The notes beneath the pieces were generated by a model. The model saw only the letters and a list, made by a program, of their open reading frames with translations. It did no database searches and was not told where the DNA came from. Positions 1 to 9,684 of a stretch of 64,000 bases of DNA are shown piece after piece. How positions within the stretch are numbered: position 1 is the first letter of the stretch; every line of letters begins with the position of its first letter. The position numbers and the translations under genes were made by a program. Source of the stretch: Candidatus Cloacimonadales bacterium (GTDB lineage: Bacteria; Cloacimonadota; Cloacimonadia; Cloacimonadales; JAFGVF01); assembly GCA_963663475.2 (NCBI GenBank), contig CAXXJV010000001.1, positions 736,001 to 800,000 on the forward strand, in the 5' to 3' direction.

Positions 1-1320
1 CAGTATTCCCGTTATGTTACTTTTGGAACTATAGGTTTAACAATATTTATAGAACTGATAATATTTGGTTTATTGTATTATTCTTTCCAATTCCATAAGG
101 ATAATCCATCTTTTGCTAAAACTACTTTTATTACTAAGTCTAAGAAGTTAGAGGAAGAGGGATCTGCTTATGAGTTAGCTAAGTTTGAATCTTCTGATAA
201 GGTTCCTGATAGTCCAGTTAAGCTAGTAAAGCATTATTGCTTAGAAGATAAAAAGCACAAGGAATCTATTAAGCAAGTTTTAAGGGATAAGTATTTACAT
301 AATGATGATAAGGTTTTTGAGTTTATTAATAAATACTTAGATCTAGATTGTTTTTGTAAGGATAAAGCACTGGTATTGAACAGTCATGCTCTTTATAACA
401 TAGAAAACATTGAAGAGCAATCACAAGCTCTCTTTATAAATTTACACAAGGCTAATAATTTTCGCAGGATAAATAAGTATATAATTCAGGTGAATGATAA
501 CCTGACTCAGGGAGGTGTCTTTGTTGGTTGTGTGGAGACTAAGGCTCAGCGTCGGAGACGATTTATTGAGTCTTATACTGTCGTTTTTGGGAATATTTTC
601 TATTTAATTGATTTCTTTTTACGTCGTGTCTTTCCTAAAATAGCCTTACTCAAAGGACTCTACTTCTTCATTACTAAGGGAAAGAATAGGGCTTTTAGTG
701 AGACTGAGATTTTGGGCAGGCTTTACTTCTGTGGTTTTGAGCTTTTAGCTAAGAGAGAGATTCATGGGATAAATTATTTCATTGCTATCAAGACTAAAGA
801 ACCTTCTCGAGATGAGAATCCATCTTATGGTCCTATTATTCAGCTTAAGCGTAAGGGGAAGAATGGTAAACTTCTCTATGTTAATAAATTCAGGACTATG
901 CATCCTTACTCTGAATATCTACAGGACTATGTGTATAAGACCTGTAGTTTACAGGAAGGTGGGAAGTTTAAGAATGATTTCCGGGTTACTAGGTGGGGAA
1001 AGGTATTTCGGAAGTTATGGATTGATGAGTTGCCGCAGTTTATTAATTTCTTTAAGGGTGAGCTTAATTTGGTAGGGGTAAGGGCCTTGAGTGAGCATTA
1101 TTTTGGGCTTTATCCACAAGATGTAAGAGAGTTGAGGGTGAAGGTTAAGCCGGGGTTGTTGCCTCCTTTTTATGCGGATATGCCGAAGACTTTTGAGGAG
1201 ATCGTGGAATCGGAGAGGAAGTATTTGGTGCAGAAGATAGAGAGGCCGGTGTGGACGGATTTTAAGTATTTCTGGTTGGTGCTGTGGAATATACTCGTAA
1301 AGAAAGCACGCAGTAATTAA
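1..1320 (+). CDS. Bacterial sugar transferase (priming glycosyl-phosphate transferase family), 5' partial
   Basis: Frame is open from base 1 (QYSRYVTFG...). C-terminal motifs KFRTM, D-R-T-G-FRK-WIDELPQ, LVGVR and KPG match the Bac_transf family. Confidence 0.85.
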   Translation, partial: QYSRYVTFGTIGLTIFIELIIFGLLYYSFQFHKDNPSFAKTTFITKSKKLEEEGSAYELAKFESSDKVPDSPVKLVKHYCLEDKKHKESIKQVLRDKYLHNDDKVFEFINKYLDLDCFCKDKALVLNSHALYNIENIEEQSQALFINLHKANNFRRINKYIIQVNDNLTQGGVFVGCVETKAQRRRRFIESYTVVFGNIFYLIDFFLRRVFPKIALLKGLYFFITKGKNRAFSETEILGRLYFCGFELLAKREIHGINYFIAIKTKEPSRDENPSYGPIIQLKRKGKNGKLLYVNKFRTMHPYSEYLQDYVYKTCSLQEGGKFKNDFRVTRWGKVFRKLWIDELPQFINFFKGELNLVGVRALSEHYFGLYPQDVRELRVKVKPGLLPPFYADMPKTFEEIVESERKYLVQKIERPVWTDFKYFWLVLWNILVKKARSN

Positions 1321-1327
1321 GAGAATC

Positions 1328-1513
1328 AAGATTCTTTACACGAATTAACACGAATGAAAACGAATTTCTCGAATTTTCTTTTTGCTAAGAGTAAAAAGGA
1401 AAGAGACATAAATAACAGAAAAAGAAATAAAAAGAACTAAAAAAAAGAAAAAAATAAAAGTAAGAATATGAAGAAAACTGAGAATTATGACATAACTTAT
1501 TTAAGGTATATTC
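1328..1513 (+). repeat. ~185-bp direct repeat, copy 1, upstream of the GxxExxY gene
   Basis: Near-identical to 2074-2260: ACACGAATGAAAACGAATTTCTCGAATT, then an A-rich core, then GAGAATTATGACATAACTTATTTAAG.TATATTC. Confidence 0.9.
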
Positions 1514-1569
1514 GTGTGAAGCATTTAGTGTGAAAAATTTAGTTTTAAGTAATAAATTATAGAGAAGAG

Positions 1570-1950
1570 GTGGTTGTGATTTTATACAAAGAGGAGAGTT
1601 ATAAGATAATTGGCCGTTGTTTTACTGTTCATACTAATCTAGGTGTCGGTTTTAGTGAGCTAGTCTATCATGAAGCTTTAATGAAGGAATTTGATAAATA
1701 TAATATACCTTATGAACACGAAGCAAAAATTGAAATTGAATATAAAAATGAAAAATTAGAAAAAAAATACTATGCTGATTTTTGTTGTTATGATAAAATA
1801 CTGTTAGAAATAAAGGCATGTTCTCATATAAATGATGAGCATGTTAAACAGGTTCTTAATTATCTAGCTGCTACTAAGCTAAAGTTAGGGATTATTATTA
1901 ATTTTGGAGAAAAAAGCTTAACTTATAAAAGAGTGATATTTGATAAATAA
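1570..1950 (+). CDS. GxxExxY protein (PD-(D/E)XK nuclease fold, PDDEXK_3-like)
   Basis: 126 aa with GFSELVY (GxxExxY), YAD...LLEIKA and QVLNYL motifs. Confidence 0.92.
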   Translation: MVVILYKEESYKIIGRCFTVHTNLGVGFSELVYHEALMKEFDKYNIPYEHEAKIEIEYKNEKLEKKYYADFCCYDKILLEIKACSHINDEHVKQVLNYLAATKLKLGIIINFGEKSLTYKRVIFDK

Positions 1951-1960
1951 AGACAAGATA

Positions 1961-2482
1961 AAAGCTACTACACGAATTAACTCAAGTTAAAACGAATAAG
2001 ATGCTTTACACGAATTAACTCGAAGGAGGCTTCATACATTATGCCCTCCCAGGTTAAAACGAATTTCTCGAATAAGATGCTCTACACTAATTAACACGAA
2101 TGAAAACGAATTTCTCGAATTTTTTTTTTGCTAAGATTAAAAAGGAAAGAGATATAAAGAACAGAAAAAGATAATAAAAAGAACTAAAAAAAGAAAAAAA
2201 ATAAAAGTAAGAATATGAAGAAAACTGAGAATTATGACATAACTTATTTAAGCTATATTCAGATTAATTAGTGAAATTCGTTTTCATTCGAGTTAATTTG
2301 TGTGAAGAATTTATTTGAAGCATTTAGGAGAAAAAATGCAGACAAACACGAAAAATAATAAATATCAAAAAAGATAAAAAGTGTGCAGATAATAAACAAG
2401 TGGACAAGAAAGTGTTGACTTTATACTTACAAAAAAAAATAATTCGTGAAATTCGTTTTAATTTGCGTTAATTCGTGTGAAG
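1961..2482. repeat. Cluster of 9-bp-periodic CACGAAT arms, direct-repeat copy 2 (2074-2260) and inverted arms (2266-2307, 2441-2482)
   Basis: Forward arms ACACGAATTAAC(A/T)CGAAT(G/T)AAAACGAATTTCTCGAAT are followed by their reverse complement AATTCG...TTAATT(C/T)GTGTGAAG. Confidence 0.9.
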
Positions 2483-2524
2483 AAATTATTTGAAGTATTA
2501 AGTTTGAAGAATTTAGGAGAAAAG

Positions 2525-3580
2525 ATGAAGATATTAATAACAGGAACTGCTGGTTTTATCGGCTTTCATTTAGCGAACAGGTTGCTCCTCGAGCAAGATG
2601 TTGAGATAATAGGTTTAGATGTAATTAATGATTATTATGATTTAAGAGTGAAGTTTGGTAGATTAGCTGAACATGGTTTCCCCATGCAGAATATTAGGTA
2701 TGGGGAGATTCTGCAGAGTGAGAAATACGCAAATTATAGATTTATTAAATTAGATTTATGTGATAGGGCCAAGCTATATAACTTATTCATAGATGAAAAA
2801 TTTGATGTGGTAGTAAATTTAGCTGCTCAAGCAGGTGTTCGGTATAGTATTACAAATCCGGAGGCCTATCTAGAGAGTAATATTATCGGTTTCTTTAATA
2901 TTTTAGAGGCAGCACGTAAGAATAAAATTAAGCATTTAGTCTATGCCTCCAGCTCTAGTGTATATGGCTGGAATGACAAACTTCCTTTCTGCACTACTGA
3001 TAACGTGGATCACCCTATCTCTCTCTATGCTGCTAGTAAGAAATCTAATGAACTCCTAGCTCATTCTTATAGTGCCCTGTATGATTTACCTACTACTGGA
3101 TTAAGATTCTTCACTGTGTATGGTCCTTGGGGCAGACCAGATATGGCTCTTTTCCTTTTTGCCAAAGCAATTGCTGAAGGAAAGGCAATCGATGTTTATA
3201 ATCATGGTAAGATGAAAAGAGATTTTACTTACATTGATGATATTGTAGAAGGTATTAAAAGAGTAATCTATCATCCTGCTCAAGCTATGCCAGAGTGGAA
3301 TGGCCAGAATCCTACTCCAGGAGCTTCAAAAGCACCGTATAAAATCTATAATATTGGGAATAATGATACAGTATTGCTTATGGATTTTATCGAGGCTATA
3401 GAGGAGGAAATGGGCAAGAAGGCTATAAAGAATATGCTACCATTGCAGCCAGGAGATGTGCCTGCTTCGCATGCGGATGTTACGGATTTGGTGGAGGATT
3501 TGGGGTATAGACCTAATACGCCTATTCGGGAAGGGGTGAAGAGGTTTATTGAGTGGTATCGGGATTTTTATAAAATCTAA
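2525..3580 (+). CDS. NAD-dependent epimerase (UDP-glucuronate 4-epimerase-like SDR)
   Basis: AGGAGA RBS before the ATG at 2525. Motifs TGTAGFIG, LAAQAGVRYS, YAASKK and RFFTVYGPWGRPDMA. Confidence 0.93.
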   Translation: MKILITGTAGFIGFHLANRLLLEQDVEIIGLDVINDYYDLRVKFGRLAEHGFPMQNIRYGEILQSEKYANYRFIKLDLCDRAKLYNLFIDEKFDVVVNLAAQAGVRYSITNPEAYLESNIIGFFNILEAARKNKIKHLVYASSSSVYGWNDKLPFCTTDNVDHPISLYAASKKSNELLAHSYSALYDLPTTGLRFFTVYGPWGRPDMALFLFAKAIAEGKAIDVYNHGKMKRDFTYIDDIVEGIKRVIYHPAQAMPEWNGQNPTPGASKAPYKIYNIGNNDTVLLMDFIEAIEEEMGKKAIKNMLPLQPGDVPASHADVTDLVEDLGYRPNTPIREGVKRFIEWYRDFYKI

Positions 3581-3816
3581 AAGATTCTTTACACGAATTA
3601 ACTCGAATTAAAACGAATTTCACGAATAAGATACTCTACACTAATTAACACGAATTAAAACGAATTACTTTTGCTAAAAGCAAAAATAAAAGAGGAAAAA
3701 AAGAAAATGATAAAAAGAGGGCTGATAAATAACAAATGGACAAAAAGTATTAACTTCTTATTTCGAAAAAGGTTAATTCGAGAAATTCGTTTTAATTCGT
3801 TTTAATTCGTGTGAAG
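3580..3816. repeat. Intergenic inverted-repeat element: two forward CACGAAT arms, an A-rich loop and one reverse arm
   Basis: Arms at 3580-3627 and 3628-3667 pair with the reverse-complement arm at 3775-3816. Confidence 0.88.
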
Positions 3817-3835
3817 ACTTTTGATAGGATAAAAT

Positions 3836-4225
3836 ATGATAAATACTTCGAAATATACAAGATGGGGTTTATTTCTCTATCTTATAACGCTGGTTACTGT
3901 TTCGGTGATGCCACTGGGAAATGCCAGTAAAGAATTGACAGATATTACTGTGATTCGAATTAGAGGGGATTACTTTCTCCATATGTTGGTGTATTTGCCT
4001 ATGATTAGTCTGATGCTGCTTAGTTTTCCTAAATGGAAATGGGGGATGGTGGTTATTGCACTTGGCTTGGGGGTAGGACTTGAATACTTGCAGATGCTGC
4101 TTAGTTATAGGGCCTTTAATATTAATGATTTGGTGGCGAATCTTGGGGGAGTGGTTATTGGAGGAGGGATTTTCGCCTTTCGGCTCAAAGATGCTTGCTT
4201 CGCAAGAATTAAAAATGAAAAATAA
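3836..4225 (+). CDS. VanZ family membrane protein
   Basis: Hydrophobic, with D-LH-Y, E-LQ...R-F-INDLVAN-GG motifs. The last ~20 codons lie inside a repeat. Confidence 0.8.
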   Translation: MINTSKYTRWGLFLYLITLVTVSVMPLGNASKELTDITVIRIRGDYFLHMLVYLPMISLMLLSFPKWKWGMVVIALGLGVGLEYLQMLLSYRAFNINDLVANLGGVVIGGGIFAFRLKDACFARIKNEK

Positions 4226-5516
4226 TAGAGCTTTTTACCTTTCGGCTCAAAGACGGGGAGACGGGGTGACGGGGAGAAATGAGAACCTATCCACAAATAA
4301 ACACAAATTAACGCGAATTAAGACGAATTTCTCGAATTTTATTTCACCACAAAGACACAAAGACACAAAAAAAATTATCCACGAATAAACACAAATTAAC
4401 ACTAATAATCTATATCTTAAAATCCTTAACACAGAGTTTCACAGAGGTCCCACAGAGTTACACAGAGTTTTTTAATTCCTAAACGCTAAACTCTCAACAT
4501 TACTAAACTTTTAAATCTTTAAATCATTCTTCACCACAAAGACACAAAGAACACAAAAAAAATTATCCACGAATAAACACAAATTAACACTAATAATCTA
4601 TATCTTAAAATCCTTAACACAGAGTTACACAGAGATCACCACAGAGTTACACAGAGATCACCACAGAGTTACACAGAGTTTTTTAATTCCTAAACGCTAA
4701 ACTCTCAACATTACTAAACTTTTAAATCTTTAAATCATTCTTCACCACAAAGACACAAAGAATACAAAAAATTTATCCACGAATAAACACAAATTAACAC
4801 TAATAATCTATATCTTAAAATCCTTAACACAGAGGGCAAGAGGAGTTTCACAGAGTTTTTTAATTCCTAAACGCTAAACTCTCAACATTACTAAACTTTT
4901 AAATCTTTAAATCATTCTTCACCACAAAGACACAAAGAACACAAAATAATTAGCCACCGAAAACACCGAATACACCGATATTTTTCCTATACGCTATACT
5001 CTCAACCCTCACCTTATTAAATCATTAAACTCTTAAATCTTTAAATCAATCTTATCAGTTTTAATCTGTTCAATCAGAGTCATCTGTGTTCTATTCTTAT
5101 TTTCTTGCGAAGCAAGCATCTCTCTTTCACCACAAAGACACAAAGAACACAAAAAAAATTATCCACGAATAAACACAAATTAACACTAATAATCTATATC
5201 TTAAAATCTTTAACACAGAGTTACACAGAGGGCAAGAGGAGTTTCACAGAGTTTTTTAATTCCTAAACGCTAAACTCTCAACACTACTAAACTTTTAAAT
5301 CTTTAAATCATTCTTCACCACAAAGACACAAAGAACACAAAATAATTAGCCACCGAAAACACCGAATACACCGATATTTTTCCTATACGCTATACTCTCA
5401 ACCCTCACCTTATTAAATCATTAAACTCTTAAATCTTTAAATCAATCTTATCAGTTTTAATCTGTTCAATCAGAGTCATCTGTGTTCTATTCTTATTTTC
5501 TTGCGAAGCAAGCATC
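4164..5516 (+). repeat. Modular tandem-repeat block (A-A-A-B-A-B, ~180-210-bp modules) built from 8-9-bp periodic motifs
   Basis: TCACCACAAAGACACAAAG starts at 4344, 4531, 4742, 4919, 5127 and 5315. 4742-5120 is duplicated at 5127-5516. GATGCTTGCTTCGCAAGAA (~4190) recurs inverted at ~5102 and ~5498. Confidence 0.92.
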
Positions 5517-5632
5517 TTAGTGGTGAATATATATTTTTTTAACTTTTTTTGAGAAAAGTGACCATTTTTAAAAAAAAGGCCTCTTAAAGATTATGAAGGC
5601 TATAAGCCAAATAAAAAAAATGAGGTAATAAA

Positions 5633-6067
5633 ATGATGGTATCAAAAAAAGGTAAAGAGGAAAAAAGAGCTTTTGGCAGAAACAAGGGAAATGTAGCAAA
5701 TTGCTTATTTGCTGAAGATGTAGTGAGTGATGTAAATAAGGTAGTTAGTAATTTATCTGGTTTGGATGCTTATTTAGAAATTGTGGAATCAACTCTTGAT
5801 TATTTTACAGCAAATATGAAGTCTATGATTGCTGATCTGAAGGGAAATATCTTGAATGATATTTTTGAACTTAATCTTGTAATTGATGAGGCGGAAGAAG
5901 TTGATTGTGATGGGTGTTTGTATTCTGAAGCAGATGAAGATTCTACTGAAGATGAGGAGGAGATGCTGGATGAGGATGCATGGAGTCTAGCTTTAGCAAA
6001 AGAACTTATTACTAAGGTTAAAAAAGTAATTGAAAAAATTGATTTTTTAAATTATGAAAAAGTATAA
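5633..6067 (+). CDS. Hypothetical acidic protein
   Basis: 144-aa ORF with a GAGGT RBS; no family recognised. Confidence 0.6.
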   Translation: MMVSKKGKEEKRAFGRNKGNVANCLFAEDVVSDVNKVVSNLSGLDAYLEIVESTLDYFTANMKSMIADLKGNILNDIFELNLVIDEAEEVDCDGCLYSEADEDSTEDEEEMLDEDAWSLALAKELITKVKKVIEKIDFLNYEKV

Positions 6068-6204
6068 GACAATGATTGCCTGGCTAGTTTTAATTATTAT
6101 TTGGGGATTTTTTATACTTGATATCCATATTCTTAATAGGATGGGATGATAAGAGTGGTTTAGGTGGAGGAAGAGACAGTGCCCTCTTTGTTCTTGTGAA
6201 TGAA

Positions 6205-7205
6205 GAGGGATTTTCGCCTTTCAGCTCAAAGATGTTTGCTTCGCAAGAATTAAAAATGAAAAATAAGAAGATTCTTTACACGAATTAACACGAATTAAAA
6301 CGAATTACACGAATTTTATTTCACCACAAAGACACAAAGAACACAAAGAAGAAGATTCTTAACACAGAGTTACACAGAGGTCACCACAGAGTTACACAGA
6401 GGTCACCACAGAGTTACACAGAGTTTTTAAGATATTGATTATTAGTGTTAATATGTGTTTATTCGTGGATAAGTTCTCATTTCATGAGAGTGAATAATGA
6501 AAAGATAAAAATGAAAAATAAAAGAGCTTTGCTCAAAGACGGGGAGACGGGGTGACGGGGAGAGTAAACATTCCTTACACAGACCGGAGTTCCTCAGCCG
6601 TAGGCAAGGGACTTCGGGCGAAGAGTGTCGGAAGTCGCTACTCCGTGAGCAACTCCCGTCACTCCTAATTAGGGTAAAGAATCTCTTTTTTTCTTATCAG
6701 TGTTTTCAGTTACTAAATCTTCTAACTAGTAGATTCTAAAAGGCTCAAGTTCAAGTCTGGTGGGAATAATATAGGAAAATGAGAATATTTCATTACTATA
6801 TTGATTCATCAAAAATCCCTGAAAGGGATAAAATAATTTAGCCCAGGGTAAGATGCTGAAAGTATCGCAACCCTGGGTAATGATGGCTAGCCCAAAGATA
6901 TTACCCTGTAAGGGTTTAATAAAAGGATAAATAATGAAAGAGCTTTTACTCGAATTAACACGAATTAAGACGAATTTCACGAATTTTATTTCACCACAAA
7001 GACACAAAGAACACAAAGAAGTAGATCCTTAACACAGAGTTACGCAGAGTTTTTAAGAGAAGGGAGGGAGAAAATTGCCACCGAAAACACGAAGAAGGTT
7101 TTCACCTTTCGGCTCAAAGACGGAGTGATGGAGTGATGGAGAGATAGAGAGACGGAGAGATAGAGAGACGGAGAGACGGAGAGACGGAGATAGAGATTGA
7201 GAGAG
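6205..7205. repeat. Mosaic of repeat modules (CACGAAT, CACAAAG, CACAGAG, GACGGRGA 8-mers, an 84-bp GC-rich element and a CCCTGAAAGGG/GCCCAGGG palindromic element)
   Basis: 6205-6266 repeats 4164-4226. 6581-6664 matches 48055-48138. 6742-6843 is the reverse complement of 35993-36164 without the MITE. 8-bp periodic tract at 7119-7205. Confidence 0.85.
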
Positions 7206-7262
7206 AAAAAAATCCTTTTATCTTGACACTAATTCTTAGGAAAGACATAGTGACAAAATAAA

Positions 7263-7342
7263 GCCAAATAATGCAGTAGGGTTTTATGGAAGAGTGGAGA
7301 AGAATATTTTGCTAGTCATAAAAACCTACTAGACTATTTGGG
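7263..7342. mobile_element. Short MITE-like element, TIR family CCCAAATARTGYAGTAG
   Basis: GCCAAATAATGCAGTAGGGTTTT ... AAAACCTACTAGACTATTTGGG form imperfect terminal inverted repeats; related copies occur elsewhere in the window. Confidence 0.55.
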
Positions 7343-7372
7343 ATAAATTAAGAGATAGGAAATGGTGATATA

Positions 7373-8626
7373 ATGAAGAAGTTTTTAATAAAGGGTGGAA
7401 AGAAATTAGCAGGTAGTGTAGAAGTAAGTGGAGCTAAGAATGCAATATTGCCTATTTTAGCTGCTTGTTTGCTTACTCGGGGAAAGTGTGTTTTAACTAA
7501 TGTTCCTAAGTTAGTTGATTTGAAAACCATGGCCCATTTGCTAAGAATTATTGGAGCTAGAGTTGATTATTTAGAGGGTAGAATGGAAGTTGATACTGCT
7601 GATGTTTGTTTTCCTGAAGCTCCTTATGAACTTGTTTCACAGATGCGGGCTTCTATCTATGTATTAGGTCCACTATTAGTAAAGTTTAAGAAGGCTAAAG
7701 TTTCCTTCCCTGGTGGTTGTGCTATTGGGGCTAGACCTATTGATTTACATTTAAAGGCTTTGGAAAAAATGGGAGCAAGTTTCGAAACTAAGAAGGGTTA
7801 TCTCTATGCTAAAACTGCAGAATTGCAGGGGGCAGAAATTGACTTTGAAAATGTTTCGGTAGGAGCTACTTGTCATATTTTAATGACAGCTACTTTAGCT
7901 AAGGGGAAGACTATCATGAGAAATTGTGCCAGAGAGCCAGAAATTGATAGTTTGATAGACTTTTTAGTCAAGATGGGAGCTAAGATAAAAGGAAAAGGCA
8001 CTTCTACTTTAGAGGTTGAAGGTGTTAAAGAGCTTTTTCCGGTAGGCATGGAAATGATGCCTGATAGAATAGAAGCAGGAACATTTTTAATTGCTGGTGC
8101 TATTACTAAGAGTGAAATTACTATAGATAAGTGTAATCCTCAACATTTAGAAGCTTTGATTCTCAAGATGCAACAGGCTGGTTTTCAGGTTGATTGTGAG
8201 GAAAATAAGATGAAGATTTTCCCAGCTAAAAGAATTTTGCCAGTTAATATTGTTACTGATCCTTATCCAGCTTTTCCTACTGATTTGCAAGCTCAGTTTT
8301 TAGCTTTAATGACTCTTGCTCAAGGGACTTCTTACATAGAAGATACTATTTTTCCTGATAGATTCATGCATGTTCCAGAATTAAATAGATTGCAGGCTAA
8401 TATTTCTCAAGAGAAAGGAAAGGCTAAGGTTGAAGGAGTTAAAGAATTATCAGGGGCAGAAGTAATGGCTACTGATCTAAGAGCAAGCGCTGCTTTGGTC
8501 TTGGCAGGTTTAGCTGCAGAGGGAGAGACGATAGTGTCTAGAATCTACCATATTGATAGAGGTTATGATAATATTGAAGGTAAATTAAGATTATTAGGAG
8601 CGGACATTGAAAGGATTGAAGAATAA
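7373..8626 (+). CDS. murA: UDP-N-acetylglucosamine 1-carboxyvinyltransferase
   Basis: GAKNA, MRAS, PGGCAIGARP (active-site Cys), FPTDLQAQ, TDLRA and HIDRGY motifs. Confidence 0.97.
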   Translation: MKKFLIKGGKKLAGSVEVSGAKNAILPILAACLLTRGKCVLTNVPKLVDLKTMAHLLRIIGARVDYLEGRMEVDTADVCFPEAPYELVSQMRASIYVLGPLLVKFKKAKVSFPGGCAIGARPIDLHLKALEKMGASFETKKGYLYAKTAELQGAEIDFENVSVGATCHILMTATLAKGKTIMRNCAREPEIDSLIDFLVKMGAKIKGKGTSTLEVEGVKELFPVGMEMMPDRIEAGTFLIAGAITKSEITIDKCNPQHLEALILKMQQAGFQVDCEENKMKIFPAKRILPVNIVTDPYPAFPTDLQAQFLALMTLAQGTSYIEDTIFPDRFMHVPELNRLQANISQEKGKAKVEGVKELSGAEVMATDLRASAALVLAGLAAEGETIVSRIYHIDRGYDNIEGKLRLLGADIERIEE

Positions 8627-9674
8627 GAAAATAGCTGTTGCAATGAGTGGGGGGGTGGATAGCTCAGTTGTGGCTTGTCTGCTTAAAAAAGAAGGCTATG
8701 ATATTGCTGGTTTTACTATGGTTCAATACGATGATGAGGAGTTTGGCTATAGTCCAAATGAAGGAGCTTTGGCTGCAGCTAAGGATGCCCAGAAGATTTG
8801 TGACCAACTTAATATAAAACATCTTGTGATTAATGTTAAAGATCAGTTTAAAAGAATCGTTTTGAATGATTTTGTTGATCAATATAAAAGAGGTTATACT
8901 CCTAATCCTTGTACTCTTTGCAATCCTACCATAAAGTGGGGTGCTTTCTTTGATAAAATTAAGGAATTTGGTTTTGAATATTTTGCAACTGGACATTATG
9001 TTAAATTGATTCAGGGGGAAGATAGACCTCATGTTTATCGGGCAGATAATTCTAAAGACCAAACTTATATGTTATGGAGGGTGAGGAAAGAGCAATTCGC
9101 TAAGACTATTTTCCCGCTTTATCAACTTAATAAAGATGAGGTTAGAAAAATTGCTTTAGAAAATCACTTACATGTTGCTGAAAAAAAGGATTCTCAAGAA
9201 ATATGTTTTATCAAAGATCACTATTTAGATTTTGTTAATAAGCTAGTGCCAGCAAAAGCAGGAAAGATAAAGCTTCTTTCTGGGGAAACAATAGGTCAAC
9301 ATCAAGGGCTAACTGCTTATACTATTGGACAGAGGAAGGGACTGCAAACTAAGTTAAATATTACTCTTTATGTTCATTCTATGGATATTAGCAACAATAT
9401 TCTTTATGTTACTTCTGATAGGGAGGATTTGAAAGTTACTTCCTTCAGGATTAAAGAATGTCATTTCTTAGAAACAAATATGACGCTGGTCAAGAAGAGT
9501 CTGGTGCAAATAAGATATAATTCAAAGGCGGTTCAAGTTAGGGATCTTATTTTTGAAGGTAAAGAAGCCTTAGTTGTTTTAGAAGATGCAGTTGAATCTG
9601 TAACACCTGGTCAATCAGCTGTCTTTTATTCTTTAGATAATGAATTGCTGGGTGGCGGGATAATTAGTAAGTAG
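8607..9674 (+). CDS. mnmA: tRNA 2-thiouridine(34) synthase (start may be the TTG at 8616)
   Basis: AMSGGVDSS, TPNPC..CN, ATGHY, KDQTY, DSQEICF, TIGQRKGL and TPGQSAVFY motifs. Confidence 0.96.
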   Translation: MKGLKNKKIAVAMSGGVDSSVVACLLKKEGYDIAGFTMVQYDDEEFGYSPNEGALAAAKDAQKICDQLNIKHLVINVKDQFKRIVLNDFVDQYKRGYTPNPCTLCNPTIKWGAFFDKIKEFGFEYFATGHYVKLIQGEDRPHVYRADNSKDQTYMLWRVRKEQFAKTIFPLYQLNKDEVRKIALENHLHVAEKKDSQEICFIKDHYLDFVNKLVPAKAGKIKLLSGETIGQHQGLTAYTIGQRKGLQTKLNITLYVHSMDISNNILYVTSDREDLKVTSFRIKECHFLETNMTLVKKSLVQIRYNSKAVQVRDLIFEGKEALVVLEDAVESVTPGQSAVFYSLDNELLGGGIISK

Positions 9675-9684
9675 TCTGGATTAA

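Noticed and set aside
2337-2378. Mini-ORF MQTNTKNNKYQKR behind an AGGAG RBS
   Set aside because: The RBS-ATG context duplicates that of the epimerase gene (2506-2527) as part of the repeat; 13 codons with no other support.
1328-3816. Integron attC cassette array
   Set aside because: The inverted repeats lack RYYYAAC/GTTRRRY core sites and there is no integron integrase in the window.
4080-4432. Short ORFs over the repeat block (also 6726-7016, 47984-48172, 53502-53756, 12184-12453)
   Set aside because: They lie in non-coding repeat modules or A-rich promoter DNA.
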